Shown in pieces: positions 50,570-58,605 of a stretch of 64,000 bases of DNA. The DNA comes from a virus, in the IMG/VR virus record IMGVR_UViG_3300025141_015556. The stretch is one strand, 5' to 3'. Made by a program: the position numbers and the translations under genes. Position 1 is the first letter of the stretch. Every line of letters begins with the position of its first letter. Below the pieces are notes generated by a model that was given only the letters and a program-made list of their open reading frames with translations, did not search any database and was not told the origin of the DNA.

Positions 50570-51904
50570 TTATAAGCATTTGGCTGCATAAGTTGCAACC
50601 TTAGAACGCTCTCCTTTCGTTAGTGTCATATGACCAGCAAGATCAAATTTTTTAAATTTTTCAACTGCGTGTGTTAGTCCATTTGTTGTCTCATCAACGT
50701 ATACATTATCAATTTGTTCTACGTCGCCAGTTAAAACGATTTTCGTTCCTTCTCCTACTCTGGTTATTATAGTCTTTAATTCATGAGTTGTCAAGTTTTG
50801 TGCCTCATCAATTATAATAAATGCATTTGCGATTGAGCGTCCTCTAATATATGTTAAGGCCTCAATCTCAATACGGCCGCGGTCCATATACATTTCAAGT
50901 GTGGTTTTATCATTTCCCATAAGAAATTGTAAGTTGTCCTGGATTGGCATTAACCATGGCTTCATCTTTTCTTCCAGAGTTCCTGGTAGGAACCCCAGGT
51001 CCTTTCCTAGCGGCTGTACTGGCCGTGAAACGATTAGTCTGCTATATCTGCACTCGATGCCCGAGGTCGGGTCTTCAACCGTTTGTTGAAGGCCTGCGGC
51101 GACGGCACAAAGTGTTTTGCCGGAGCCCGCTTTGCCAATTAATGTAACCAATTTGACATTAGGATCCATAAGGAGATCTAAAGCGAAGGCCTGTTCTTTG
51201 TTTCGAGATTTTATCCCCCAAACGCCCTTTTTAAATTCAACCATCTGCTTAATGGGGGTTGTCGATGATTTAAATCTCCCCAATGCTGTCTTTTTCTGAT
51301 TTGCATTAGAAACAAGCATTATGAATTCGTTATAATTATACGCCGCATTCTCCAATAAAATTTCTTCACCGTTGTAATATCTATCAATTATTGCGTCATC
51401 AACAAGGTGAGAAGAAAGACCTGAATATATGCTTTCGCTGTCTTTAACCGCTTGATTTACAATATAATCCTCTGTTGAAAGGCCCACAGAATCACAAATT
51501 ACTCGCATATTGATATCCCGAGATATTAATATAACCTTTCGATCGGCATGCTGTTTTTTTACAGCCATGGCTGTGGCTATAATTAAATGATCCGGTATCG
51601 ATGGGTCCAAATCTTTAGGAAGGCCTGAATTTCCAAGGCCCTCTGTGCCCCATGCGAATAAGTAACCATTTCCCTTTCTGATTCGGACGCCATTAAAAAG
51701 GGACCCTTTGGCCCGAAGTTCATCTAGTATCCGAATTATTTTTCGAGATTGTGAACCAGCGCCATCTTGCCGCTTTTTATTTTTATCGATTTCTTCTAGT
51801 ACTTTGAATGGCACCACAATATCATGGTGGCTGTATTCATATATACAACTTGCATTTGTTAAAAACACACTTGTATCTAAGACATAGATTTTCTTTCTGC
51901 TCAT
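50570..51904 (-). CDS. phoH: PIN-domain/PhoH ATPase fusion (PhoH2 type)
   Basis: PIN motifs YVLDTSV, VLEEID, DHLII, SRDINMR; PhoH motifs GKAGSGKT, GFLPG, YIRGRS, IIDEAQN, GDVEQID. Confidence 0.92.
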   Translation of the reverse strand: MSRKKIYVLDTSVFLTNASCIYEYSHHDIVVPFKVLEEIDKNKKRQDGAGSQSRKIIRILDELRAKGSLFNGVRIRKGNGYLFAWGTEGLGNSGLPKDLDPSIPDHLIIATAMAVKKQHADRKVILISRDINMRVICDSVGLSTEDYIVNQAVKDSESIYSGLSSHLVDDAIIDRYYNGEEILLENAAYNYNEFIMLVSNANQKKTALGRFKSSTTPIKQMVEFKKGVWGIKSRNKEQAFALDLLMDPNVKLVTLIGKAGSGKTLCAVAAGLQQTVEDPTSGIECRYSRLIVSRPVQPLGKDLGFLPGTLEEKMKPWLMPIQDNLQFLMGNDKTTLEMYMDRGRIEIEALTYIRGRSIANAFIIIDEAQNLTTHELKTIITRVGEGTKIVLTGDVEQIDNVYVDETTNGLTHAVEKFKKFDLAGHMTLTKGERSKVATYAAKCL

Positions 51905-51928
51905 ATGTTTTACAATAATTAGGCTTAT

Positions 51929-52171
51929 CTAGCGTTTAATCGTATGAAGTAAAATTAATGGTATCCAAAATAAGCCAAGTAATGCCAAAACAATTTGTAT
52001 ACCAACAGAAGAATCTAAATATCCTGTAAGTCTAAAAGCATTTGCTATATTGGCAACGAACGCTCCATTAATATATATCCACGTCAAGCCAACAAAAAGT
52101 ATCAGCAGCGCAACCAAAACATTTAAAGCTTTTATTATAAATTGTTTCAAAAAATCAATAATTTTACTCAT
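51929..52171 (-). CDS. Small two-TM membrane protein
   Basis: Two hydrophobic helices. Confidence 0.55.
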   Translation of the reverse strand: MSKIIDFLKQFIIKALNVLVALLILFVGLTWIYINGAFVANIANAFRLTGYLDSSVGIQIVLALLGLFWIPLILLHTIKR

Positions 52172-52476
52172 TCGTCTCTCCTATATAATTGATCATCTCC
52201 GACGCGTCCTAAGCCGCGGCCATCTGTTGATCGCGGGTACCACTTACTTGTGGTCATAATTTCGTTAAAATTGCTCAAAGTATAATAATTATCACCATTT
52301 ACTGTTTCCAATCGCCACCTGGTAGACCGATCTACGTGATCGCTCATTGCTGTAGCTGTCCAAGATTTTATATCTTCTAGCCGCAAATAAGTGTGATAAT
52401 TTTCACCATCAACAACATGTGTAAAATTAACAAAATAAGCACCCCCTTCTTGGGAGGAATCAACATTAATTTTCAC
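52168..52476 (-). CDS. Hypothetical protein
   Basis: 102-aa ORF overlapping both neighbours. Confidence 0.55.
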   Translation of the reverse strand: MKINVDSSQEGGAYFVNFTHVVDGENYHTYLRLEDIKSWTATAMSDHVDRSTRWRLETVNGDNYYTLSNFNEIMTTSKWYPRSTDGRGLGRVGDDQLYRRDE

Positions 52477-52975
52477 AACTTCTTCCTTTCGTGTCTCTCA
52501 AAATAATTGATTTTTCTGGTTTTAAATCTAGTTCGTCTTTCACATCTACAGGTTCGAGGCCGGCATCTTTCACCAAGTCCGTACTGCTTTGAATCTTATT
52601 GCCTCCGAGGGCCCAAACCATTTGAATCCCTAATTCCTTACACACGTCCATTTCTGGAGTGTTGCTATCTGTCCTATCGCCGCCGTTACCAAACATATCG
52701 GGTTTAAATTGCTTTAATGCATCGCAAACTGTTCCATCGCCATCATTAACTTTTGCCACATCATGAACCCCAACAATACTATTAAGTATTTCAGCACGTT
52801 CTTCCCACGGCATAAAGATATAACCCTTTTTTCTCATAAGCCAACTATCACTATTAACAACAACTATAACATTACCTAATTCTGCCGCGGCCCTAATCAT
52901 CCGAATGTGGCCTATGTGCACAGGATCGAACCCGCCAGAAACAACTATAGTGGTATAGGGTGTCCTATTAGTCAT
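52466..52975 (-). CDS. Cytidylyltransferase family protein (TagD-like)
   Basis: VSGGFDPVHIGH, VNSD.WL.RKKG, FGNGGDR, KIQSS. Confidence 0.85.
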   Translation of the reverse strand: MTNRTPYTTIVVSGGFDPVHIGHIRMIRAAAELGNVIVVVNSDSWLMRKKGYIFMPWEERAEILNSIVGVHDVAKVNDGDGTVCDALKQFKPDMFGNGGDRTDSNTPEMDVCKELGIQMVWALGGNKIQSSTDLVKDAGLEPVDVKDELDLKPEKSIILRDTKGRSCEN

Positions 52976-53219
52976 TTTCTATAGCTTCCTCGAGAGGAGG
53001 AAAAAAATTCCTTTGCAGGCACGATATGGCCTCTTCCGCCTCAGATAATTTCTTTGCGGCTTCAATTACTTCGTTTACTACTGTTGGGTGATCACCAACG
53101 CCCACTGAACCATATAGATATAAGTCTAATGTAGTAAGCGCTTTTTGCCTATCTGCTTCGAATTGGCTTAAAGAAGCTCTTAATAGCCCAGATGCTAATC
53201 TCTCTGTATATTCTGACAT
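52968..53219 (-). CDS. Hypothetical phage protein
   Basis: 83 aa, helical hairpin around VGVGDHP, AGGAG RBS. Confidence 0.6.
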   Translation of the reverse strand: MSEYTERLASGLLRASLSQFEADRQKALTTLDLYLYGSVGVGDHPTVVNEVIEAAKKLSEAEEAISCLQRNFFPPLEEAIEND

Positions 53220-53237
53220 TTATTTCTCCTTATTATA

Positions 53238-53654
53238 TTACCAATATAACACATATTGATCTGAATTGTTACTATTGTCAATTATCGTATATTCAATGTC
53301 AACCGGTTCGTCACATTGAATTACATGATATTCTCTTTCTGCCTGGAAGAGGCCTCTCACGTGATCATACTCTCTAATTTCTATTATATCAGAATCATCT
53401 GATAAAAGAGAGTAAATTCTTATGTGTAGATAAAATAGATCCTCATATCCATCTTCGTCATAGGCCGAGGCCCACACGCGCCATTTATCAAAAAATCCAG
53501 AATCATAACATTCCCAACCAACTTCTAGAAGTTCAGGATCGTAATCATAAAAATTGTAGCCATGCGCGTATTCAGGATCCTCATATAGCACAAGGCAAGA
53601 CGATATAAAAGAAGCGGCCATAACTGCCACAACTGTTCGAATTATTATATTCAT
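53238..53654 (-). CDS. Putative lipoprotein
   Basis: Signal peptide ending in lipobox-like ISSC; acidic beta-rich mature region. Confidence 0.6.
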   Translation of the reverse strand: MNIIIRTVVAVMAASFISSCLVLYEDPEYAHGYNFYDYDPELLEVGWECYDSGFFDKWRVWASAYDEDGYEDLFYLHIRIYSLLSDDSDIIEIREYDHVRGLFQAEREYHVIQCDEPVDIEYTIIDNSNNSDQYVLYW

Positions 53655-53917
53655 TATTCCTCTTCTCTAATAAACACGACATTTCCTTGTCTTTTAAAAT
53701 TGCGAGCGTCTGTATTGTTCTTTTCAAGATCGTCCATTTCCCACGGTAGCGGGATCAGGTCGTGATATGCCATTGCAGCCTCTAAATGATGTACTCTAGA
53801 CCAGATTTTTTTTATCGTATCCTCGTGTAAATCAAATACCTTTTTGTTAAAATACATGGTTATAGTGCTTATTAAAAGAGCGCTAATGGATGCAACAAAT
53901 AAAATATCTAAAGTCAT
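53654..53917 (-). CDS. Hypothetical membrane-anchored protein
   Basis: N-terminal TM helix; ATG 53917 preferred because the track start (53932) lies inside the predicted promoter. Confidence 0.55.
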   Translation of the reverse strand: MTLDILFVASISALLISTITMYFNKKVFDLHEDTIKKIWSRVHHLEAAMAYHDLIPLPWEMDDLEKNNTDARNFKRQGNVVFIREEE

Positions 53918-53922
53918 ACTAT

Positions 53923-53950
53923 ATAATATCATATATTATATTAAAGTCAA
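53923..53950 (-). promoter_or_regulatory. Sigma70-type promoter (TTGACT-16 bp-TATTAT, extended -10 TG)
   Basis: Minus strand TTGACT ttaatataatatatga TATTAT atagt ATG. Confidence 0.5.
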
Positions 53951-53990
53951 GTTAAATTTAATAGTTGAGGTCGTGTCGGCCTACCATTTT

Positions 53991-54209
53991 TTAATATTCT
54001 TCAAATTTATTACTAGTATGAATCACCATAGTTCTTAGTCCTTCATAGGTTGGCGGAATTGATTTTCTGAGTGTCGAGGAATCGTGAGTAGAGCTTATAT
54101 AAATATAAAGCGCCACTCCTAGCGTTCCACGTTTAATCTCATAATAGTGATCGGGGCCGAATTCTAAAGCAGCTTGCAAGATGATATCATCTTTTTGTAT
54201 TTCTGTCAT
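53991..54209 (-). CDS. Hypothetical protein
   Basis: ATG 54209 just downstream of the tRNA CCA; the track GTG start lies inside the tRNA. Confidence 0.55.
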   Translation of the reverse strand: MTEIQKDDIILQAALEFGPDHYYEIKRGTLGVALYIYISSTHDSSTLRKSIPPTYEGLRTMVIHTSNKFEEY

Positions 54210-54215
54210 ATATTC

Positions 54216-54292
54216 TGGCACACTCGGCAGGATTCGAACCTGCGGCCTGCGGATTAGAAGTCCGCTGCTCTATCCGACTGAGCTACGAGTGC
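54216..54292 (-). tRNA. tRNA-Arg(UCU), CCA encoded
   Basis: GCACTCGTAGCTCAGTCGGATAGAGCAGCGGACTTCTAATCCGCAGGCCGCAGGTTCGAATCCTGCCGAGTGTGCCA; full cloverleaf, anticodon TCT, Arg identity base A20. Confidence 0.97.
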
Positions 54293-54811
54293 TTGTTTCC
54301 TTTCGTATTCTGATACCGCTTCATAAAGCAATATATTTGCCGCCTGAGAAGTGTTTAAACAATATCCCACACCGGGCATATCTATACATACTACATCACA
54401 TTTTTGAATTATTTCAGCAGGAACTCCAGCTTGTTCGTTGCCCACAACCAAACACACACCGCGAGAGAAATCGAAATCATAAGAGCCCAATGATCGAGCC
54501 CCTTCCGCCAATTCAGCAACCACAACTTGAATGCCTGCAACTTCCATTTGCATAAGGAATTCGCGCGGGTTTTTAAATCTTTCAATCTCGACATAGTCTA
54601 TCAGGCTTCCAGACGAAGCTTTTATGCTACTCCGCTCAGGAATGTGTCCAATAACATAAAGCCGTTCTGCACCAAAGCAAGCAGCACTCCTAATGAGATA
54701 CCCAAGATTATCATCCACGCGGAAATTGATAGCACAGAGGCTAATCGGATACCTCTTGGAAGTTTTAAGTTTTTTATCATAACGTTGTCTTCTAGTTTCC
54801 TTTCGAACCAT
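54254..54811 (-). CDS. SpoU/TrmH-family (SPOUT) RNA 2'-O-methyltransferase; 3' end overlaps the tRNA
   Basis: NLGYLIRSAACFG, LVVGNEQAG, IDMPG...CLNTSQAANILLYE. Confidence 0.88.
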   Translation of the reverse strand: MVRKETRRQRYDKKLKTSKRYPISLCAINFRVDDNLGYLIRSAACFGAERLYVIGHIPERSSIKASSGSLIDYVEIERFKNPREFLMQMEVAGIQVVVAELAEGARSLGSYDFDFSRGVCLVVGNEQAGVPAEIIQKCDVVCIDMPGVGYCLNTSQAANILLYEAVSEYERKQALVAQSDRAADF

Positions 54812-54817
54812 ATTAAC

Positions 54818-54846
54818 AGTATACCTTATATGGTTTAGTTTGTCAA
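54818..54846 (-). promoter_or_regulatory. Near-consensus sigma70 promoter for the SpoU-tRNA unit, probably leaderless
   Basis: TTGACA (54846-54841), 17 bp, TATACT (54823-54818), then 6 nt to the ATG. Confidence 0.8.
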
Positions 54847-54848
54847 AT

Positions 54849-54875
54849 AAAAAAGCCGCCCCGGAGGGCGGCTTT
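54849..54875 (-). terminator. Rho-independent terminator
   Basis: Minus strand AAAGCCGCCC-TCCG-GGGCGGCTTT followed by further Ts (C-UCCG-G tetraloop), 20 nt after the stop at 54895. Confidence 0.9.
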
Positions 54876-54894
54876 CAATTAATATGGTTTAAAT

Positions 54895-55344
54895 TTATAT
54901 GATGTTGGCAGCAGAAGCAATCATGTGCCAGTGGCCATCATTGGTCGTATCGGAATGTGCTCTATAAACAAAGATTGCACCACCGTTATTACCGGCCTTC
55001 AGCGTAGTGTCGCCATCGGCAATACCCCAAATTGGGGCGCCCACTACAGTCCCAGGAGTGAGGGTTGTGGATTTGAAGGTCAGAGCCTGGCCCACTGAGC
55101 CTGTCTGACAAACAAATAAAACTTGGCCATCGCGACCACCGTTAAAGCCATTAATATTACATGCCGCAACCGAAGCCGAGACCCACAATACACTAGCATT
55201 AGTGACGTCTGGTTGGAAAGCGTTGACCGTGGTGCTGGATGTCAGTGCACCGGCAATTGCCAGAGACCCGCTTAAAGTAACCTTTTGATCCCCGATAAAG
55301 ATATCATTCATTTTTCTTAATACATTAACTGCTCTTTTGCTCAT
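54895..55344 (-). CDS. Putative small virion structural/decoration protein
   Basis: Beta-rich, S/T/G/A-rich 149 aa with four [ST][GAS]S motifs; CTATATA motif upstream and strong terminator downstream. Confidence 0.5.
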   Translation of the reverse strand: MSKRAVNVLRKMNDIFIGDQKVTLSGSLAIAGALTSSTTVNAFQPDVTNASVLWVSASVAACNINGFNGGRDGQVLFVCQTGSVGQALTFKSTTLTPGTVVGAPIWGIADGDTTLKAGNNGGAIFVYRAHSDTTNDGHWHMIASAANII

Positions 55345-55420
55345 TTAGAAATCCTCCGGCACCAATAGCCTTTTGCTTTTCATTAATATATAGTTACCCG
55401 TTGATTAAAAAGCTTTAGCA

Positions 55421-55681
55421 TTATTTTTTTCTACGCTTTTTACTAAGCCTTTTTTTCCTTCGAGCTTTTTCCTCTTTTTTAAGATGTTCTACTACGAGGG
55501 ACGGGTCTATTCTGGTTTTTACCGCAAAATATATTCCCCGAGGTCCGCAACGATGAATTTTCACTTGCAAATCCTCCTCTTGCGAAAGCTCAGCGCGCTT
55601 TGCATCAGCTTGTTTAAAGGTGTCATACTTGGCAATGCGCTTCCAGGGGGGGCCCTCCTGGTGTATTGTCTCGTCGTTCAT
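55421..55681 (-). CDS. Hypothetical basic protein (Lys/Arg-rich tail)
   Basis: AGGAG RBS; C-terminus KKEEKARRKKRLSKKRRKK. Confidence 0.65.
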   Translation of the reverse strand: MNDETIHQEGPPWKRIAKYDTFKQADAKRAELSQEEDLQVKIHRCGPRGIYFAVKTRIDPSLVVEHLKKEEKARRKKRLSKKRRKK

Positions 55682-55694
55682 TAATCTCTCCTTG

Positions 55695-55732
55695 TGTTAC
55701 CGTTATCAGTAATTGTTACCGTTATCAGTAAT
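55695..55732. repeat. Perfect 19-bp tandem repeat in a 5' UTR
   Basis: tgttaccgttatcagtaat x2 (55695-55713, 55714-55732). Confidence 0.9.
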
Positions 55733-55748
55733 CATACCGATAAATACT

Positions 55749-55777
55749 AGTATAACTAACAAACAGCCCACTGTCAA
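55749..55777 (-). promoter_or_regulatory. Near-consensus sigma70 promoter
   Basis: TTGACA gtgggctgtttgttagt TATACT (17-bp spacer). Confidence 0.8.
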
Positions 55778-55802
55778 GAAAATATTTTCAAACATTTGGA
55801 AC

Positions 55803-56366
55803 TCATCGTGAAAGCCCTTCGGTATCCCAGCCACCAAGAAGCCATTTTGGATTCATCAAATGGTTAATTTTATTATAATGTAAAAAACCAAGGGCATGCC
55901 CAAGCTCATGTTCCAATACTGTTTCCTTGATATCTTTTTTCATATATATAATTGCCCATTCAACTTCATTATGGTCATTGTCAATAAAAAAGTGAGTTTC
56001 CGCTAGCACATCGGGGCCTAACTTAGAATCTTGAGTTGCTAGATGGACAGTAATATATCCCGCGGGAGTTGCTTGATTACATTTATCCATAGGGTCATAT
56101 TTGTATTGTGTTCTAAAAAACCGATGGCCCAAATTTTGCCAAAATTTAACGGCTTTGTTGGCGTCTGCCTTGGTTAAAGGGGCGCTATCACATATTATAA
56201 CAGTAGGAGTACGTTTCCAAGTTGCAACTTGGACTGACCAATCATTTATGGCTGGGATTTTATCAAAATTAGCCTTGTATTCAAAAGCTTGAGCATGATT
56301 GATCAACAAACCAAACAAACTGCCAATTAAAATCACATATATGGCCATTCTTAAGACGGCATTCAT
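55803..56366 (-). CDS. Secreted matrixin-like (metzincin) zinc metalloprotease, paralogue 1
   Basis: Signal peptide ending AQA; HELGHALGFLH; Met-turn HLMNP. Confidence 0.85.
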   Translation of the reverse strand: MNAVLRMAIYVILIGSLFGLLINHAQAFEYKANFDKIPAINDWSVQVATWKRTPTVIICDSAPLTKADANKAVKFWQNLGHRFFRTQYKYDPMDKCNQATPAGYITVHLATQDSKLGPDVLAETHFFIDNDHNEVEWAIIYMKKDIKETVLEHELGHALGFLHYNKINHLMNPKWLLGGWDTEGLSR

Positions 56367-56373
56367 ACATTAT

Positions 56374-56883
56374 TTAGTTGCTAGAAATTATTTTATAATA
56401 AACAGTTGATCTAATTACTTGATTATACTCTTCTTCTTTAATAACCAATGTAATCATTTTGTGAGGGTCATCATCTGGGCGCCAGATAATTTGCAATGTA
56501 TTAATATCTTCTTCCCACACCCAATCAAATTCGTTTCCCTTTTGCTTATCCTCAGTGATATGTAAACAATCATATTTGTTATTGGTAAGAATTCTTATTA
56601 AATTATCGTACAGGCTGATCCCGCTACGCAACGTTAAGTTCTCGCCACAAAAATATAAACTAGTAGAGCTTTCTAATTCTAAATAAAGAAAACCAGAAAG
56701 CAGTTCTGTTTCAACATTTTCAAAGCATCGCCACACGGCAGGATCAAGTACCTGTATGGGATCTGGCCAATAGCAGCCTATATGAAAATATACATCCCCA
56801 TAATCATTAGTGATCTCTGGCGGATCTGCGTGATCGCAGGCACAGAATAGTATTAAAAATAATAATAAATAAGCCTTATACAC
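56374..56883 (-). CDS. Putative lipoprotein
   Basis: MYKAYLLLFLILFCAC lipobox-like signal; several additional Cys. Confidence 0.55.
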   Translation of the reverse strand: MYKAYLLLFLILFCACDHADPPEITNDYGDVYFHIGCYWPDPIQVLDPAVWRCFENVETELLSGFLYLELESSTSLYFCGENLTLRSGISLYDNLIRILTNNKYDCLHITEDKQKGNEFDWVWEEDINTLQIIWRPDDDPHKMITLVIKEEEYNQVIRSTVYYKIISSN

Positions 56884-56906
56884 CCTATAGTAGATAGAGA
56901 ATAATA

Positions 56907-57089
56907 TTATAAACCGGAGTCGACTGTATCGATTTCTTGGTCCGCGGTTTCAAATAAAGCTTTGATCTTGCCACCAAATTGTACACTAATCGCTATACAA
57001 ACGACGGCAATCGCTACCAAAATAATGACGTATTCGGTCATTCCTTGGCCGCGCTTGTTAGTGTGAAATTTGGTTATTTGGTTGAACAT
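56907..57089 (-). CDS. flp: Flp family (Tad/type IV) pilin
   Basis: Prepilin cleavage site KRG|QGMTEY with Glu+5/Tyr+6, hydrophobic helix, FG..I..LF; 60 aa; GAGGAG RBS and TATAAT upstream. Confidence 0.85.
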   Translation of the reverse strand: MFNQITKFHTNKRGQGMTEYVIILVAIAVVCIAISVQFGGKIKALFETADQEIDTVDSGL

Positions 57090-57151
57090 GGGAACTCCTC
57101 AAAGTAACTATATTATAGTATCGTCAATCTCCTTTAAACCATGTTACAGAG

Positions 57152-57700
57152 TTATGGTTTTTTCAGACCCTCGTCGTTCCAGCCGCCATAAATAAGCTTT
57201 TCGTTCATAAGGTGACCGGTTTTTTCAGTATGCATCCATCCCAATGCGTGTCCTATCTCGTGTTCCAGAACGCGCTTCCTAACCATAGGCTTTAAATATA
57301 TTTTTGCCCAACTAATTTCTTGTGAGTCATTATCAACATAAAAATGCGTTATTGCCAGATTATCGCCCGGCTCGAATGTTTCTTGTGTTACCAAATTAAT
57401 AGTAATATATCCTACCGGATCAGGGTCCTGGCAAACCTTACGTGCACGGTCGCCTCGTATATAGATGCTGTGATAAAACACATATCCGCGTTCACTCCAC
57501 CAGCCTAGGGCTTTTTTAACATCGTCTTTTTTGACAGGAGCATTGTCGCACAACACAACCGTCGGAGTTCTTTCCCAATGGCCAATCTGGGCTAAGTCCT
57601 TTTTGGATATTTTAATAACATCCAAGCCCTCTATCACGGGATTGGTAGCAAAACCATTGCCAGGTATTAACAATAATAATATTAAAAATAGTTTTCTCAT
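57152..57700 (-). CDS. Secreted matrixin-like metalloprotease, paralogue 2
   Basis: Signal peptide; HEIGHALGWMH; HLMNE. Confidence 0.85.
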   Translation of the reverse strand: MRKLFLILLLLIPGNGFATNPVIEGLDVIKISKKDLAQIGHWERTPTVVLCDNAPVKKDDVKKALGWWSERGYVFYHSIYIRGDRARKVCQDPDPVGYITINLVTQETFEPGDNLAITHFYVDNDSQEISWAKIYLKPMVRKRVLEHEIGHALGWMHTEKTGHLMNEKLIYGGWNDEGLKKP

Positions 57701-58233
57701 CTTACCAATACGTCATCGCCCCAGCCTGCATAAATATGGTACGTGTGCATCAGATGACCCTCAATATTTAGGTGTCCGAACCCAAGAGCGTGTCCTAGCT
57801 CATGTTCGACGATGCCGCGTTCATCGACAGTCTCCGCCTTAAAAAACACCTTGGCGTAGTACATGTGTATATAATCATCTTCCAAGAGGTAGCGTGTAAC
57901 AGCCATATCAATTTCTTTCCGTACGGCTTCCGGCACAAGCTTTGCAACAACGATGTAGCCCCCAGGAAAAGACTTCCAGGCGTTCTTGCAGATCGTCCGG
58001 GCTGTGGGGTCTTCTGACAAAGGAACATATTCGAACAGGTGTCCTCGACTTTTCCACCAAGAAAGGGCGCCCAGCAGACGCTCTTCACTTACGGGTGCGT
58101 CGTCGCACAAAATCACCTTGGGGGGACTACGCCATGTTCCAAAGATTAAATCGCCTTCCGTTTCGGGATCGGTCGCAAAAGCGTTGCCGGCGAACAGCAA
58201 CGCTATCATTAACAATGATATTACTCTTTTCAT
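57697..58233 (-). CDS. Secreted matrixin-like metalloprotease, paralogue 3
   Basis: Likely start MKRVISLL (58233) giving a signal peptide ending AFA; HELGHALGFGH; HLMHT. Confidence 0.85.
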   Translation of the reverse strand: MKRVISLLMIALLFAGNAFATDPETEGDLIFGTWRSPPKVILCDDAPVSEERLLGALSWWKSRGHLFEYVPLSEDPTARTICKNAWKSFPGGYIVVAKLVPEAVRKEIDMAVTRYLLEDDYIHMYYAKVFFKAETVDERGIVEHELGHALGFGHLNIEGHLMHTYHIYAGWGDDVLVR

Positions 58234-58252
58234 TTTTTCTTTCGTGTTAGAT

Positions 58253-58575
58253 TGGTGGAGGTGGCGGGAATCGAACCCGCTTCCAAAGCATTCGTCTTTC
58301 AAGTCATTCACAAGCATAGTTATATTTTAATCTAAATACACAAAATAGTCAAGCTTTTTATGCGCAAAACTTTGACAAAAGCGCTTATTTTCTCAATACT
58401 CTTCTTGGACACTTGGTATGAAGAGCAACCAAGGATTAAGCAGCTAAGGCTAAATCGTAATCTGCGTTATTGGCAGTTATATTTTTTTCTGTAAAGTTTT
58501 GTGTGATTTCCAGAACTTGCACAGCTTGCACTCTTATAGAGACTCTTTTACCCTGTCGAGACCTTAAACACCCCC
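58253..58575 (-). ncRNA. ssrA: tmRNA (one-piece, 323 nt), tag peptide (A)ANNADYDLALAA
   Basis: 5' GGGGGTG pairs with 3' CACCTCC-A-CCA with a G3.U alanine determinant; T-arm GCGGGTTCGATTCCCGC; resume context ATAACT-GCC; tag ORF 58474-58436. Confidence 0.95.
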
Positions 58576-58605
58576 CTCTTATATACTATAATATTATTAT
58601 ATATA

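Noticed and set aside
54210-54221. GTG start of the 76-aa ORF inside the tRNA 3' end
   Set aside because: The in-frame ATG at 54209 just outside the tRNA is more plausible.
57136-57160. 7-bp inverted repeat (AAACCAT...ATGGTTT) upstream of flp as a terminator or operator
   Set aside because: Short AT-rich stem with an 11-nt loop and no good U-tract on the coding strand; not distinguishable from chance.
58234-58317. N-terminal extension of the 206-aa protease ORF
   Set aside because: It lies largely within the tmRNA 3' end; the ATG at 58233 gives a clean signal peptide.
54216-58575. tRNA or tmRNA as an integration (att) site bounding an island
   Set aside because: No integrase and no duplicated 3' tRNA/tmRNA fragment seen in the window.
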